In this document: one piece after another, positions 27,161 to 37,620 of the stretch
Layout of the letters: each line of letters starts with the position of its first letter
How positions within the stretch are numbered: the stretch's first letter is position 1
Assembly: GCF_018350175.1 (NCBI RefSeq)
Contig: NC_058368.1
Coordinates: forward strand, 62,001 to 126,000
Source of the DNA: Felis catus
Taxonomy: Eukaryota
Direction: 5' to 3'
Length of the DNA: 64,000 nucleotides
The notes under the pieces: generated by a model
Databases searched by the model: none
Seen by the model: the letters and a program-made list of their open reading frames with translations, nothing else
Told to the model about the DNA's origin: nothing
Program-made: the position numbers and the translations under genes

Positions 27161-28194
27161 TGAGAGATGCTGGGCTTCCAGGTTAGAAAAGGCTTTCACA
27201 GGTCAAGCAGGCCTATGTCTGTGCCTCATTCACATACAAAGTTTGAGCCCTGTGGTCACAAAAAAATGTCATCTCACAGCCCCAGTGATGTCCATGGCTA
27301 TGTCTGTCTTCTCCCAGGCCATGCAAAAGGGCCCAAGGCTTGAGTGCTCATCCCAGGCTTGTCAGTAACTGGCCCCGTGGCTTTAGCTGGCCCCTCAGTC
27401 TCTGTGAGCCCACCACCCCTCATCTGTAGGAGGTGGCACTAGACTCAAGGGATCTCTGAGCTCCCAGCTGCCTTGCCCCTCCCTCTCCTCATTAAGTGAG
27501 CTGGACATGAACTTCACAGGGACTTCCCTGCACCGTGACCTCTCTGTCCTACAACAGGCTGTTTCTACACGTGCATGTTTCATGCTCGGTGCTTCTGTTT
27601 CTGAGATGTCACAGAAGCCATTGTTTTGCTCCAAGTGAACGGGGGAGTGAACTGGCTCCCAAAGCGGAAGTGTGGGATCCGGACAGAGGCTCTGAGCAGG
27701 GCCATCATCACCCAAAGTGATGGGGAAGCTCTCCCTCTAACCCGGTGGCACCAGAGGCTCTTCAGGATGGCAGCCCCTCCCCTCAGCTCATCCTCCTGAG
27801 GGGCTGTCACTGAGCCCCTGGCCCTGCGACCACCCAGCGCTCACTGCAGCTCAGGGAGCCACCAGCAGGGCCTAACAATGGACTCACCTTATTGCATTTT
27901 TGTCTCCAGGTGAAGTCCCTTAGGGCTCTGCCAGGCACCCCAGTCTTGTGACCCTTGCCTTCCAGGAGTCACTCAAGAGGAGGAGCCTCAAGAGGACCCT
28001 CAAGCATCAGGAAGGATGGGCCCACCCCCCTGTTGTGTAGATCCCACCCGCTGAGGAGACCTGGGCCCCACTCCTCCACACCTGCTGGAGGGTCCAGGAG
28101 TCAGAGGCGTGGCCTGGTGCAGGAGGGCAAAAGGCAGAGGGCCTCTCCTACAGTTAAGGAACACCATCAGCCAGGGTGCACTTGGTCCAGTCAT

Positions 28195-28653
28195 GAGCAA
28201 AACATGCATATGAATAGACACTTTTCCAAAGAAAACATCCAGAAGGCTAACAGACACATGAAACATGCTCAACATCACTCATCATCAGGGAAATACAAAT
28301 CAAAACCACAATGAGATATCACTTCACACCATTCAGAACGGCTAAAATTAACAACACAAGAAACAACAGGTGTTGGTGAGGATGCGGAGAAAGTGGAATC
28401 CTCTTGCACTGTTGGTGGAAATACAAACTGGTGCAGCTGCTCTGGAAAACAGTATGGAGGTTCCTCAAAAAGTTAAAAATAGAGCTACCCTGTGATCCAG
28501 CAATTGCACTATTAGGAATTTACCCAAAGGATACAAAATTACAGATTTGAAGGGGTACATGCACCCTAATGTTTATGGCAGCATTATTAACAATAGCCAA
28601 ACTATGGAAGGAGCCCAAATATCCATCAACTGATGAATGGCTAAAGAAGATGT

Positions 28654-28697
<44 letters not shown>

Positions 28698-29078
28698 TAT
28701 ACATATATATACACACACACACATATATATATACAATGAAATATTAGTCAGCCATCAAAAAGAATGAAATTTTGCCAATTATAACATGGATGGAAATAAG
28801 TAAAATAAATCAATAAAAGAAAGACTTTAAGAAACAAAACAGGGAAACATATGGGAAGTGAGTAAAGAGAAGAAAAAGAAGCCACAAGAGACTCTTAATA
28901 ATAGAGAACAAACAGGGTTGATGGAGGGAGGTGTGTGGGAGATGGGATAGATAAATGATAGATATAAGGGAGGGTACTTGTGATGAACACTGGGAGTTCT
29001 ATGTAAGTGATGAATCACTGAATTCTACTCCTGAAACAAATACTGCAATGTATGTTATATAAAATTTAAATTAAAATA
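28195..29078 (+). mobile_element. 5'-truncated L1 3' end containing (TA)n(CA)n microsatellite
   Basis: [19 protein letters not shown]1 3'UTR; TA repeat ~28657-28733. Confidence 0.9.
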
Positions 29079-29164
29079 GATTTTAGAGCATAAAAACCCC
29101 TTTACCTCAGATCAGTGAATGATTGCCATGTGTATTCTTACTCCAACGGAAGTCTAAGGTTTTA

Positions 29165-29470
29165 TTCTCTGTAGATGTCTCTGAACTGCACAAGGGCAAA
29201 CCCTAACCCTAATCCTAACCTTAAACTTAATCCTGACACTAAGCCTAAATCTACCCTTAACTGGTAACTCCTAAACTCTATCCCTAATCCTAAGTCTAAC
29301 CCTAAACCTAACTTCTGGAGAGTTCTCTTAACTGAAGAATAGGAGGCACATACCCTCACCCTAACCCTACTCCTAGCTCTAAATTTAATCCTAACCCAAC
29401 CCCTAACCACTAATCACTAACCCTAACCCTTATTCTAGCCCTAATCTGAACCCTAATCTTAGTTCTGAAG
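29165..29470 (-). repeat. Degenerate telomere-like hexamer array ((CCCTAA)n on + strand)
   Basis: CCCTAACCCTAATCCTAACCTTAA... and CACTAACCCTAACCCTTATTCTAGCCCTAATCTGAACCCTAA in two blocks split by a ~35-bp spacer. Confidence 0.85.
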
Positions 29471-29499
29471 GGAAAAAAAATTGGTAGATAGACAGATAG

Positions 29500-30090
29500 A
29501 TGGAACTAGAGTTATTATTCTGTGCAAAATAAGTGAGTCAGAGAAAGACAAATACCACATGATTTTGCTCATATGTGGAATTTAAGAAACAAAATAAGGG
29601 AGGAAATGGTAAAAAAAAAAAAAAAGAAGAAGAAGAAACAAACAAACAAACAAACAGGCAAACGAAAAAAAAAAAAACAGACTCTTGGGATGCCTGGGTG
29701 GCTCAGTTGCTTAAGTGTCTGACTCTTGATTTCCACTCAGGTCATGATGTCACAGTTCTTGGCATCAAGCTCAGAGTCTGGCTCCGTGTTGACAGTGCAG
29801 AGCATGATTAGGATTCTCTCTCTCCCTCTCTCTGTGCCCCTTCCCCACTCCTGCTCTTTCTCAAAATAAATAAAGTGAAAAAAAAAAAGCCAGACTGTTA
29901 ACTATAGAGCACACACTGATGGTTACCAGAGGGATGGTTGGTGGGGGGATGTGTTAAATAGGTGATGGGGATGAAGGAGTGCACCTGTCATGATGAGCAT
30001 CAGGTGTTGCATGGAAGTGTTGAATCACTACACTGTATGCCAGATTCTAGTATTATCTAATGTTAACTAATTGAAATTAAAATTAAACAA
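29500..30090 (+). mobile_element. L1 3'UTR fragment with nested Can-SINE (29687-29888)
   Basis: AGTCAGAGAAAGACAAATACCACATGATTT...; GGTTACCAGAGGG; SINE head GGGATGCCTGGGTGGCTCAG. Confidence 0.8.
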
Positions 30091-30094
30091 AAAG

Positions 30095-30505
30095 AACACA
30101 CATTTATTATCTTACAGTTCTATGGGTAGGAGTCCAACAAGAATTTTATGAGACTAAAATCAAGGTGTCAACCAGGCTGCCTCCCTTCTGGAGCCTCTAA
30201 GGGACAATCTGTTTCTTTGCCTTTTCCAGCTTTTACAGGCCCTTTACATTCCTGGCTGGGGGCCCCTTCCTCCATTTTCAGCAGTAGCAACAGCAGGTAG
30301 AGACCTCCTTTACTGCCTCCTCCAGTTTTAAGCACCCCCCCCCCAGGGGGCCGCCCAGATAATCCAGGATGATCTCCCTATCTCAAGGTCCTTCACACAA
30401 GCACCTCTGCCGAGTCCCTTTTGCTGTATGATGTAACATATTCACAGGTCCTGGGATTAGACTGGGGACCTCCTAGACAAGGGGCATCATTCTGCCAACC
30501 ACCAC
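30095..30505 (-). mobile_element. MaLR LTR (MLT1-like)
   Basis: ATTTATTATCTTACAGTTCT...AAAATCAAGGTGTCA...TAATCCAGGATGATCTCCCTATCTCAAG...ATTCTGCCAACCACCA, typical MLT1 reverse complement. Confidence 0.75.
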
Positions 30506-30579
30506 ACTATCAACTCAGGCGACAACTAATGTTGGATGCCCCCTACCCCCAAATCTTTTCGTTTTTAATTTTTTTTTAA

Positions 30580-30787
30580 GTTTAAAATTTCTTATTTATT
30601 TTTGAGAGAAACAGAGACAGCACGAGTAGAGAAGGGGCAGAGAGAGACGGAGACAGAGAATCCCAAGCAGGCTCCACACTGTCAGTATAGAGCCAGATGC
30701 GGGACTCGAACTCACAAAACCGTGAGATCATGACCTGAGCCGAAAACAAGAGCCCAACACTTAACTAACTGAGCCAGCCAGGCGCCC
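30580..30787 (-). mobile_element. Can-SINE
   Basis: T-rich tail then body ending CCAGGCGCCC. Confidence 0.9.
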
Positions 30788-31686
30788 TTTTCTAATTTCA
30801 GCAGTTTAGTAAAAGTCAAACACACCTGAAGGCACAATCGAGACAAAGGCAAATCAGAAACCAGAGCTCGCGGGACAGGGCCATAAAATTGCCCAAGGAC
30901 TAGTCTCTTCCGAGTAGGTGCTGCTTTGTTTTACCAGACCTGGCTTTTTCCGGACTTTGCTGGCGGATATCTCCTCCAAGGGGAAGCGCGCAGTGATGGA
31001 GGAAGGGAAGGCGGAGGCAGAGTGGAGCGCCTGAGACCTGGCTAACCCCTGCTGTGAACTCTGGGGGCGGGGGGAGGAGGGTCTAAGAGAGCAGAAGGAA
31101 GGTTTCCATGGGACAGGCCCTCGCCTCAACCCGGGGATCCTGGTGCGCCTCCTCCAAGGCGGCCACGAGGGGGCGCCGCGGCCGCGCCTGCGAACTCACC
31201 TGTGCAGAAGCAGGCACGCGGCTGTTCTCAGCCGGCGGGATCCAGCGGGCAGGTGTGGGTTCGAGCGCGCAGAGCTTCCTGATTTTCGGTCCCCCAGCGC
31301 GGGTGTCCAGGCCCGGGGGGTGGGGTGACTGGCTTGGGGGCTGAGCCCCTCAGGTGGAGCCATCGCACTGTGTCTCCTTGAAACCAGGCTCTGAGCAGAG
31401 AGAGACACAGAGATGTGTGGGCGCTTCTCCGGCTGGGGGACGTCCTCCTGCGTGTCACTCTCAGGCGGGCGCAGCCGGCCCGGTGTTGACCGCCGCGTGG
31501 GCGCCCCGACGGGCGGAGGGAGAGGGAAGACGAGCGGTAAGCAAATCAGTGTGGAGGGGAGAAGACGGAGGAGACCTCCGGCAAGGAGAGGAAGGAAGCG
31601 GAGGGGGGAGGCGGGAAGAGGAGGAGAAGCATCAGACCTGAAATCCGAGGTGGGAGGGGAGCTGGGGGCAGGGAGACCGGGTGTGT

Positions 31687-31938
31687 GGGGCGGGTGGCGG
31701 GGCGGGGGTGAGTGAGAGGAGGCCGTTTGCGGCCTGAACCGGGGAGGCCTTATGAAATGAGGCAGCGGTGGGCGCGGTTCTCGGCGGTAGAATTCCACGG
31801 GCTGTGGAAATTCCAGGGCTGTTGCTTGGATTGCCTGAAGAAGACGTGTGTGTCGGGTTAGGGTGGTTGAGACAGGAGTGGGTGCAGAGGGTTCTGGGGT
31901 GCGGGGAGGCAAGTGACCGTGTGTGTACAGTGTGAGGC
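31687..31938 (+). promoter_or_regulatory. U1-type snRNA Pol II promoter, copy A (GC boxes, DSE-like, PSE)
   Basis: GGGGCGGG boxes 31687-31708; TATGAAATGAGGCAGCG at 31751 (human U1 DSE recalled as TATGTAGATGAGGCAGCG); PSE AAGTGACCGTGTGTGTACAGTGTGAGGC at 31911-31938 (human U1 recalled as AAGTGACCGTGTGTGTAAAGAGTGAGGC). Confidence 0.85.
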
Positions 31939-31965
31939 TGCATTGGGGCGGCGTGAAAGCAAGTC

Positions 31966-32105
31966 ACGCTAATCTGGCGAGAGAGATCATGGTCGGGAAC
32001 GTACTTTTTTCCAGAGTGAGGCATGTGTGTTCCGCCGAGGACCTACTGACCCTCTGTGATTTTCCTCAAGTATGCGCAGTTCGGCTGCGCTTGTGCTCTC
32101 TCGAG
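31966..32105 (+). ncRNA. Divergent U1 snRNA-derived gene or pseudogene, copy A (Sm site deleted)
   Basis: ACGCTAATCTGGCGAGAGAGATCATGGTCGGGAACGTACTTTTTTCCAGAGTGAGGC...CTGACCCTCTGTGATTTTCCTCAAGTATG...TCGGCTGCGCTTGTGCTCTCTC is collinear with U1; follows a PSE; 3'-box-like GTTTAAAGCATCAAAC at 32115-32130. Confidence 0.75.
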
Positions 32106-33027
32106 GTAACTGGTGTTTAAAGCATCAAACGCGTTTTGGTGTTTTGCTGTATCTTTGTTTTGCTTGTCCTTTTAGTTTAAGAGTTTTGCCCCAGCATCTC
32201 AGAGATACTTGTGAATAATCACCAAAATGGCCCTTATTTTGTATATTTCGTTTACTTGTTCCTTTTTTATTTGTAGTTTGTGGTTCATTCTTAGTTTTTC
32301 TTGTGGTTTATGTGCAAGATAACTTAGAGTAACGTTCCTGATGGAGTTTGGAGTGTATTTAAATGATTCGAGTTAGTTTTTCCCTGGTCTTGGTAAAGGA
32401 GATTTTGCGTTTTTGCGTATTTATTTCTGGGGAGGGGGGCGCTAGCTGGTTGGCTGGCCCATGCGCAGGTGCGAGTCAGTTGTAGGTTTGAAAGAAAGGA
32501 GCCAAACGTTTGGCGGGTGGGCAGGCTGAAGCACGTCTCAGGATCCCCTCCTACAGCTCCATCCCGGGGTGGAAATGTCATGGTAAAAATGTGGCTTCCA
32601 CGGGGAGATCTTCCTTGATCATTGGCCCCCATCCGTTCTTTCTTTCGGACATCCATGGTGGGCCCCCTTAGGGCCAGAGCCCTGGCCAGGGTTAGGGTTA
32701 GGTCCCAGGGGGCTCCAGGCGCCGAATCCCCACAGTGCAGTGGTCTCCCCGGAGTGCTGAGTGCAGGACGCGTGGGAGGTTGCTGGTCAGGCTTTGTCTC
32801 CACGCTCAAGGGCCCATCTAGAGTGTGGGTCACGCATAGGTCCGGCCTCATTTTCCTCCTGGCGCAGTCGACGACGCTGCTTTGGAAATGGCCTGGAGAT
32901 CTTCCCAATTCCACGCGGAATCATCCCGCGCTAGTTTTGGGGGGAAAAAGATAGGAGACGGACGATGGGGGGGTGGGGCGGGGAGGAGGAGGAGAGGCCT
33001 GTTGAGTCCTGATAGGGGCCTGGCCTT

Positions 33028-33182
33028 ATGTAAATCAGGCGGTTCTGGGCGGGGCAGTGGAAGTCCCAGAGCTGTTGCATGGATTGTTTTAGGAAGACGT
33101 GTGTGGGGGGTAAGGATGGTTGAGACAGGAGTGGGTTTTGGGGTGCGGGAATGCAAGTGACCGTGTGTGCACAGTGTCAGGC
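33028..33182 (+). promoter_or_regulatory. U1-type snRNA Pol II promoter, copy B
   Basis: Octamer-like ATGTAAAT at 33028-33035, GC box GGGCGGGG at ~33047, PSE AAGTGACCGTGTGTGCACAGTGTCAGGC at 33155-33182; alignable to copy A over ~200 bp. Confidence 0.85.
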
Positions 33183-33217
33183 ATGTGAAGCTATGGTGGT
33201 GGGAGGAAATTAAGGTT

Positions 33218-33364
33218 ATGCTAGCCAGTCAGGAAAAATATTAAGACCGAAAGTAGTAGTTTTTCCAGGGCTGGGCTTCTCCGTTGCGTTTTGTTGTGCT
33301 AGTTATTTCCTCACTTGGTTGTGTGTTTTGTGACAGAAGTGTGCTGGGTTCGTGCTGTTCTTTG
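33218..33364 (+). ncRNA. Divergent U1 snRNA-derived gene or pseudogene, copy B
   Basis: ATGCTAGCCAGTCAGGAAAAATATTAAGACCGAAAGTAGTAGTTTTTCCAGGGCTGGGCTTCTCCGTTGCG...TGTGCT...ATTTCCTCA...TTTTGTGA...CTGGGTTCGTGCTGTTCTTTG is collinear with U1; starts 61 nt after the PSE GTGACC, as in U1 genes. Confidence 0.7.
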
Positions 33365-33899
33365 GTTGTCAAAGAGTTGGAGATCAAATTTTGTGCTGTA
33401 AAGTTGTTGAATTTGGTTTGTGCTTTATTATTTTTTGACAGCAAAGAAAACAGATCCACCTTTAAGAGGAAAGAAAGTGTAACTTTGGTGAAGTTGTTGT
33501 GTGTCTTCCTCTTCCCAGGGAAGAGAAGTTAGTTGGGGTTGGGTGTTACCTGTACAACAATCCCCCCAAAAATCTCAAGACAAAACCCAGACTTCCTATC
33601 AGGCCACTGCATTCGTGTTGGGCCTTCCTTAAAAGACTTTCAGGAGAATACGATTCAATGAGATTGACACACCTCTAAAGAGGCATGGCCACGCGCACAC
33701 AGGATGGGTTTTCACCATCAGCTCTGGGACAGAAGGTGGTGGGCCCTGTGCTTGCTCTAGGGCTTAAGCAAAACCTGTCCTTACAATGCTGCCTTGATTT
33801 GTAAATATATGTTTTAAGGGTTTTCTGGCTTTGTTTTCACTGGGGCTCTGGCTTTCACTCTGTAAAAGTCTCTATTGAGAATTTACATTGATGTTTTCC

Positions 33900-35345
33900 A
33901 ACTTTGGTTTTCACTTAGGGGAGCCACACCATTATGGACTCACAGGAACTGGATTTATTCTCTTGTCTGAAACAATAAAACAAAACCACACAAGATACAC
34001 AAAATGCAGATTTCCAAGATACTGGGCATCAGGCAAAAGAGGACAGCAATTCCACACTTGGAAACACACAGGTGAGCCAAGCCCTACACAATATATGTGC
34101 TGCCTCGAGACAGTTTCCAAGCAAGGTGCAGGGAGGGGAAACTGAAGAGGCCAGTGGACTATGTGGAGTTGAGGACACTGAGCTGAGAGTCCACAGGACA
34201 ATGTGATGGGGAGGGCAGAGCTGTGGAAAATCAATTAGCAAGAGCTGTTGGGGGGCCCTAAGTATGCAGCACAGTCCTGCTCTGTGCCTCCATGGGAGGC
34301 AACTCCAGCAAGTCAGGGGGCAATCTTGTGAAAGGGTTAGAGGGAACAGAGCCTGTACCTCAGCACTGGAAATACAGCCTGTTGCCAACAGATAGACTGA
34401 AAAAAGTAACCCTCCTAACTCAGCAGGCAGAACTCAGGGAGGTCTTGCCACAATGTTGGGAACTCCTAATTAGCCCTCTGCTAGCGAGCACTGCTCAGGA
34501 CCACTGAACAAATCATTAAAGCAATACCAGAAATGATCAAACTTTCCAAGTAAATAAATGCATCCCTGGGCAAAGCTCAAAATTAAAGAAAACACAAAAA
34601 AATATCCAGCAACCAAACAAGGTAATATTCACACTGGCCATTCCATCCAAGATTTTGAGGTATGCAAAGCAACAGGAGAAATGACCCTTAATGAGGAGAC
34701 AGTTCAGTCATCTGAAAATGACCCAAAGCTGACACAGATGGGAGAATCACCAGAGGAAGACATTAAGGTGTTTCTTATAACTGCATTCCATCGGTTCAGA
34801 ATGTTCAACAGGTAAATGGAAAATGTGAAAAAGACCCAATCTCCTGTTAAGTGATGAAAACCACAATGCCTGAAGAGAAATATCCTGCAAGGGGTTGACA
34901 GCAACAGAAAATGCAGGAGAAGAACATTTCATAGGACTTGTTTTGAATCTGCAGACCCCTTTGGTTAGTATTGCCCCCCTCACTCTGTAAAATCTAATCC
35001 ATAAACACAGGATGTCTTACTGTTTCTTTAGTTTTCTCTAATCTCTTACAGCAGTGTTCTATAGTTTTCACTGTAAAGGTCTTTGCCTCCTTGAATCAGT
35101 TCATTTCTAGATATTTTATTGTTTTGAGTGCTATTATAAGTGCAGTTGTTTTCTTAATTTCCTTTTCAGATTGGTCTTTGTTAGTGTAGAGAAACACAAC
35201 TGAATTTTGTCTATCTTGTCCTCTGCAACTTTACAGAATTAGTTTATTGACTCTAGTATTTTTGTTTGTGAAGTACTTGGGATTTTTCTCTAGATAGGAG
35301 GATGCCTTCCACAAATAGAGATAATTTTATTTATTCCTTTCCACA
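33900..35345. mobile_element. Ancient L1 fragments (5'/ORF1-like on +, ORF2-like on - from ~34990)
   Basis: GACCCAAAGCTGACACAGATG...GACATTAAGG ORF1-like; TTTCTAGATATTTTATT...TTAGTGTAGAGAAACACAACTGAATTTTG matches reverse L1 ORF2. Confidence 0.6.
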
Positions 35346-37299
35346 CTACTTTTGCTCAACTTCAATTCTAAAATATATTTGGGCTGGGTGTGGAAGCCTA
35401 TACCTGCCACAGGCCACCCGTGGATTTTTGGGTCAGAGATGAACAGTGACAGGAAGTTGCCTATTTTGGGTCACCTCAGCCCGGGGTCTTGGATAATCAC
35501 ACAGAGCCTGGCCAGGGAATTAGAGACCAGCAGGAGTCCTTGTTCTTTGCAACCACCTCAAAAGGCAAGGACCAAAAGACCCCTTGAGGCCCCTACAGGG
35601 AGGGTTTCTGCCCTCCCCCCGACCTGGGAATGGCCCAGAAGTGAGAAGTCAGAAAAGGGAAGGGGACTGGGGTGGCTGCTGACTCCAGGCCATGGGTGCC
35701 CCTGAAAGCCGTGCCTCATTCCACCTGTAGAGAGCTCATTCAAGCAGGGGCCTGGGTCAAGCAATAAAGCAAGCAGTTAAAAATAATGCAGCTGGGAGGT
35801 ACTGCCAGGACTAGCATCAGCTGATACCTCAGAACTGACAATACTTAGAAACAGGAGGGGGGGGCAAGACTGATTAAATCCCTTTAAAAAGGGGTGGATT
35901 TTTGCAGCAAACTGTCAAACTCTTCAGACATGACCTCTCTATGTTGGACCACTTCTAAAAGGCAGCTGCCTCCAAAGGCTCTGCCCACTTGATCCTCAAA
36001 CAGAACTGAGATCCTTCACTGCTTGAACATAATAAGCAGTAAGTGCCACGAGCTGTCCTGGACCGGACCAAGGCCAGAAGGACTGCGTGCCCACAGACTG
36101 ACTTCTACAACTTCTATTACCTTGTTTGTTGTGTGATTTGTCTTATGTTCTGCTCTGTGTGCTGGGTTAAGAAGCCAAGTTTAATCACATGGTGAAACTG
36201 AATTTGGAACCCTGAAAGTGCTTTATAATTGTGACTAACTTTGCTTTATGATCGAATAAAGCTGACATTGTGGAAAGACACAGTTCTCTGTGTGTGCCTT
36301 ATTAGTGTGCTCATGACACTACCTCACCCTCCTGCTCCTCAGGCAGAGAGGGGAAGCCACCAAGCCCAAAAGGCAGCATCACACACACTTGCATAGGGAG
36401 CTCTTTCTCTGTTATAATTTGAATTCAAATCCAAGCTACCAAAGTTCCAAACCCCACACCAGTTCTTCCATGACCACTGCGTCCCCCCATGATCTTCAGT
36501 GCTATAATTGAGTCTCAGCACTTGAGATTAGTAGCAGCTAGAATTGAACCAATCTCTCCCTCTCTACCTTCCTTCCTCCCTCTTTCTCTCCTCCTTCCCT
36601 CCCTCCTTCACTCTGCCTTTTCTCTGTCCCTTTCTTTCCCTCCCTTGCTCTCTCCCTCTCCCTCCTACTCATGGTTGCCTACCCTCACCTTCTTTCTCCT
36701 TTTCAACTTTCCCATTTACTCCTCTCCTTGCCACCAGCACACTCAGACTGAGGCTGCTGCACTGCCATGGGTGGAGTAGGAAACCCACTGTCTTTCCAGG
36801 TGAGGCCCTCTAGATATCTATAGAATTTTTACCTGGTTCTAAACAGCTGCTAGAACAGTTGTTAAGAACAGCCAATTTGAAAGACTTTTCACCGACCCCA
36901 TTCCAGGGTTCCTTTAGGACTTAAGAGTCTGCAGTAGAGCTCATAGTACTCTACCCCAGGCCCCATGGCAGACTGTATCCTTTATGGAGCATTTATGGGT
37001 GCCTACCTGGTGATAGGCCCTGCTCTGGCCACATGGTGAGCAAACCCTAGGTCCTCGCACCATGAAGCCTCCACTGGAGGCCTGAGGGTGCTGCAGTGGG
37101 GGCACAGCTGGTTAGTTCCTTCCCACTAGGGGGCCCATGCACCCCAACTGGGGGAGACTTGCTGTGAACAAAAAATGGATGAAAGCCAACCAAGAGTGGG
37201 AAATGTGTGATTTCAGCCTCAGCCTACGGGCTTCATCCGGAGCTCATCTGCTTGCAAGACATCTCAGAGGGCTTGCAAGGTAGGGAGTGCCTTGGGCCC

Positions 37300-37620
37300 T
37301 GGATTTCAGTTCACAGTCCCCAAGTCACTCCCTGAAAATCACCCTGAGGCAGCAGCTGCAAATTGACGACAGTCAGCTATTTGGATTTGTTGCCTGATTA
37401 GGTCAAGTACTCTTCCGAATTAGAGAACCCAAGAGACTCTTATTGGAAAAATCACTGCCTAGCTGACCTGTACTGCTCTGGAAATACAGTCCAGTATCTT
37501 CCAGCTTTGCCTTCAGGAAAGATATGCTCGTTTATGCAGATTATCCCTTGAGGTTAGGCGTATCCCTTATCACCCTAGGCAGTGATCCTATGACTCAGCC
37601 TCCCTCACTAGATTATTAAC
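37300..37620. repeat. Orphan copy of the ~400-450-bp repeat unit from 25.6-27.2 kb
   Basis: CACTCCCTGAAAATCACCCTGAGGCAGCAGCTGCAAATTGACGACAGTCAG...TTGGATTTGTTGCCTGAT...TCTTCCAGCTTTGCC...AGGAAAGATATGCTCG. Confidence 0.7.

Larger units (their letters stand above)
30950..33200. promoter_or_regulatory. CpG island
   Basis: Dense retained CpGs (e.g. GGCGCCGCGGCCGCGCC, CGCCGCGTGGGCGCCCCGACGGGCGG), in sharp contrast to the CpG-depleted flanks. Confidence 0.85.

Noticed and set aside
31255..31270. tRNA gene suggested by B-box-like GGTTCGAGC
   Set aside because: No A-box or cloverleaf could be built around it
31196..31912. 238-aa Pro-rich minus-strand ORF and other ORFs in the CpG island
   Set aside because: Expected from stop-codon scarcity in GC-rich DNA; no recognisable domain
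32688..32702. AGGGTTAGGGTTAGG as the partner of the CCCTAA array in a head-to-head telomere fusion
   Set aside because: Only about two units, 3 kb away, and the order (CCCTAA then TTAGGG) is opposite to a fusion signature
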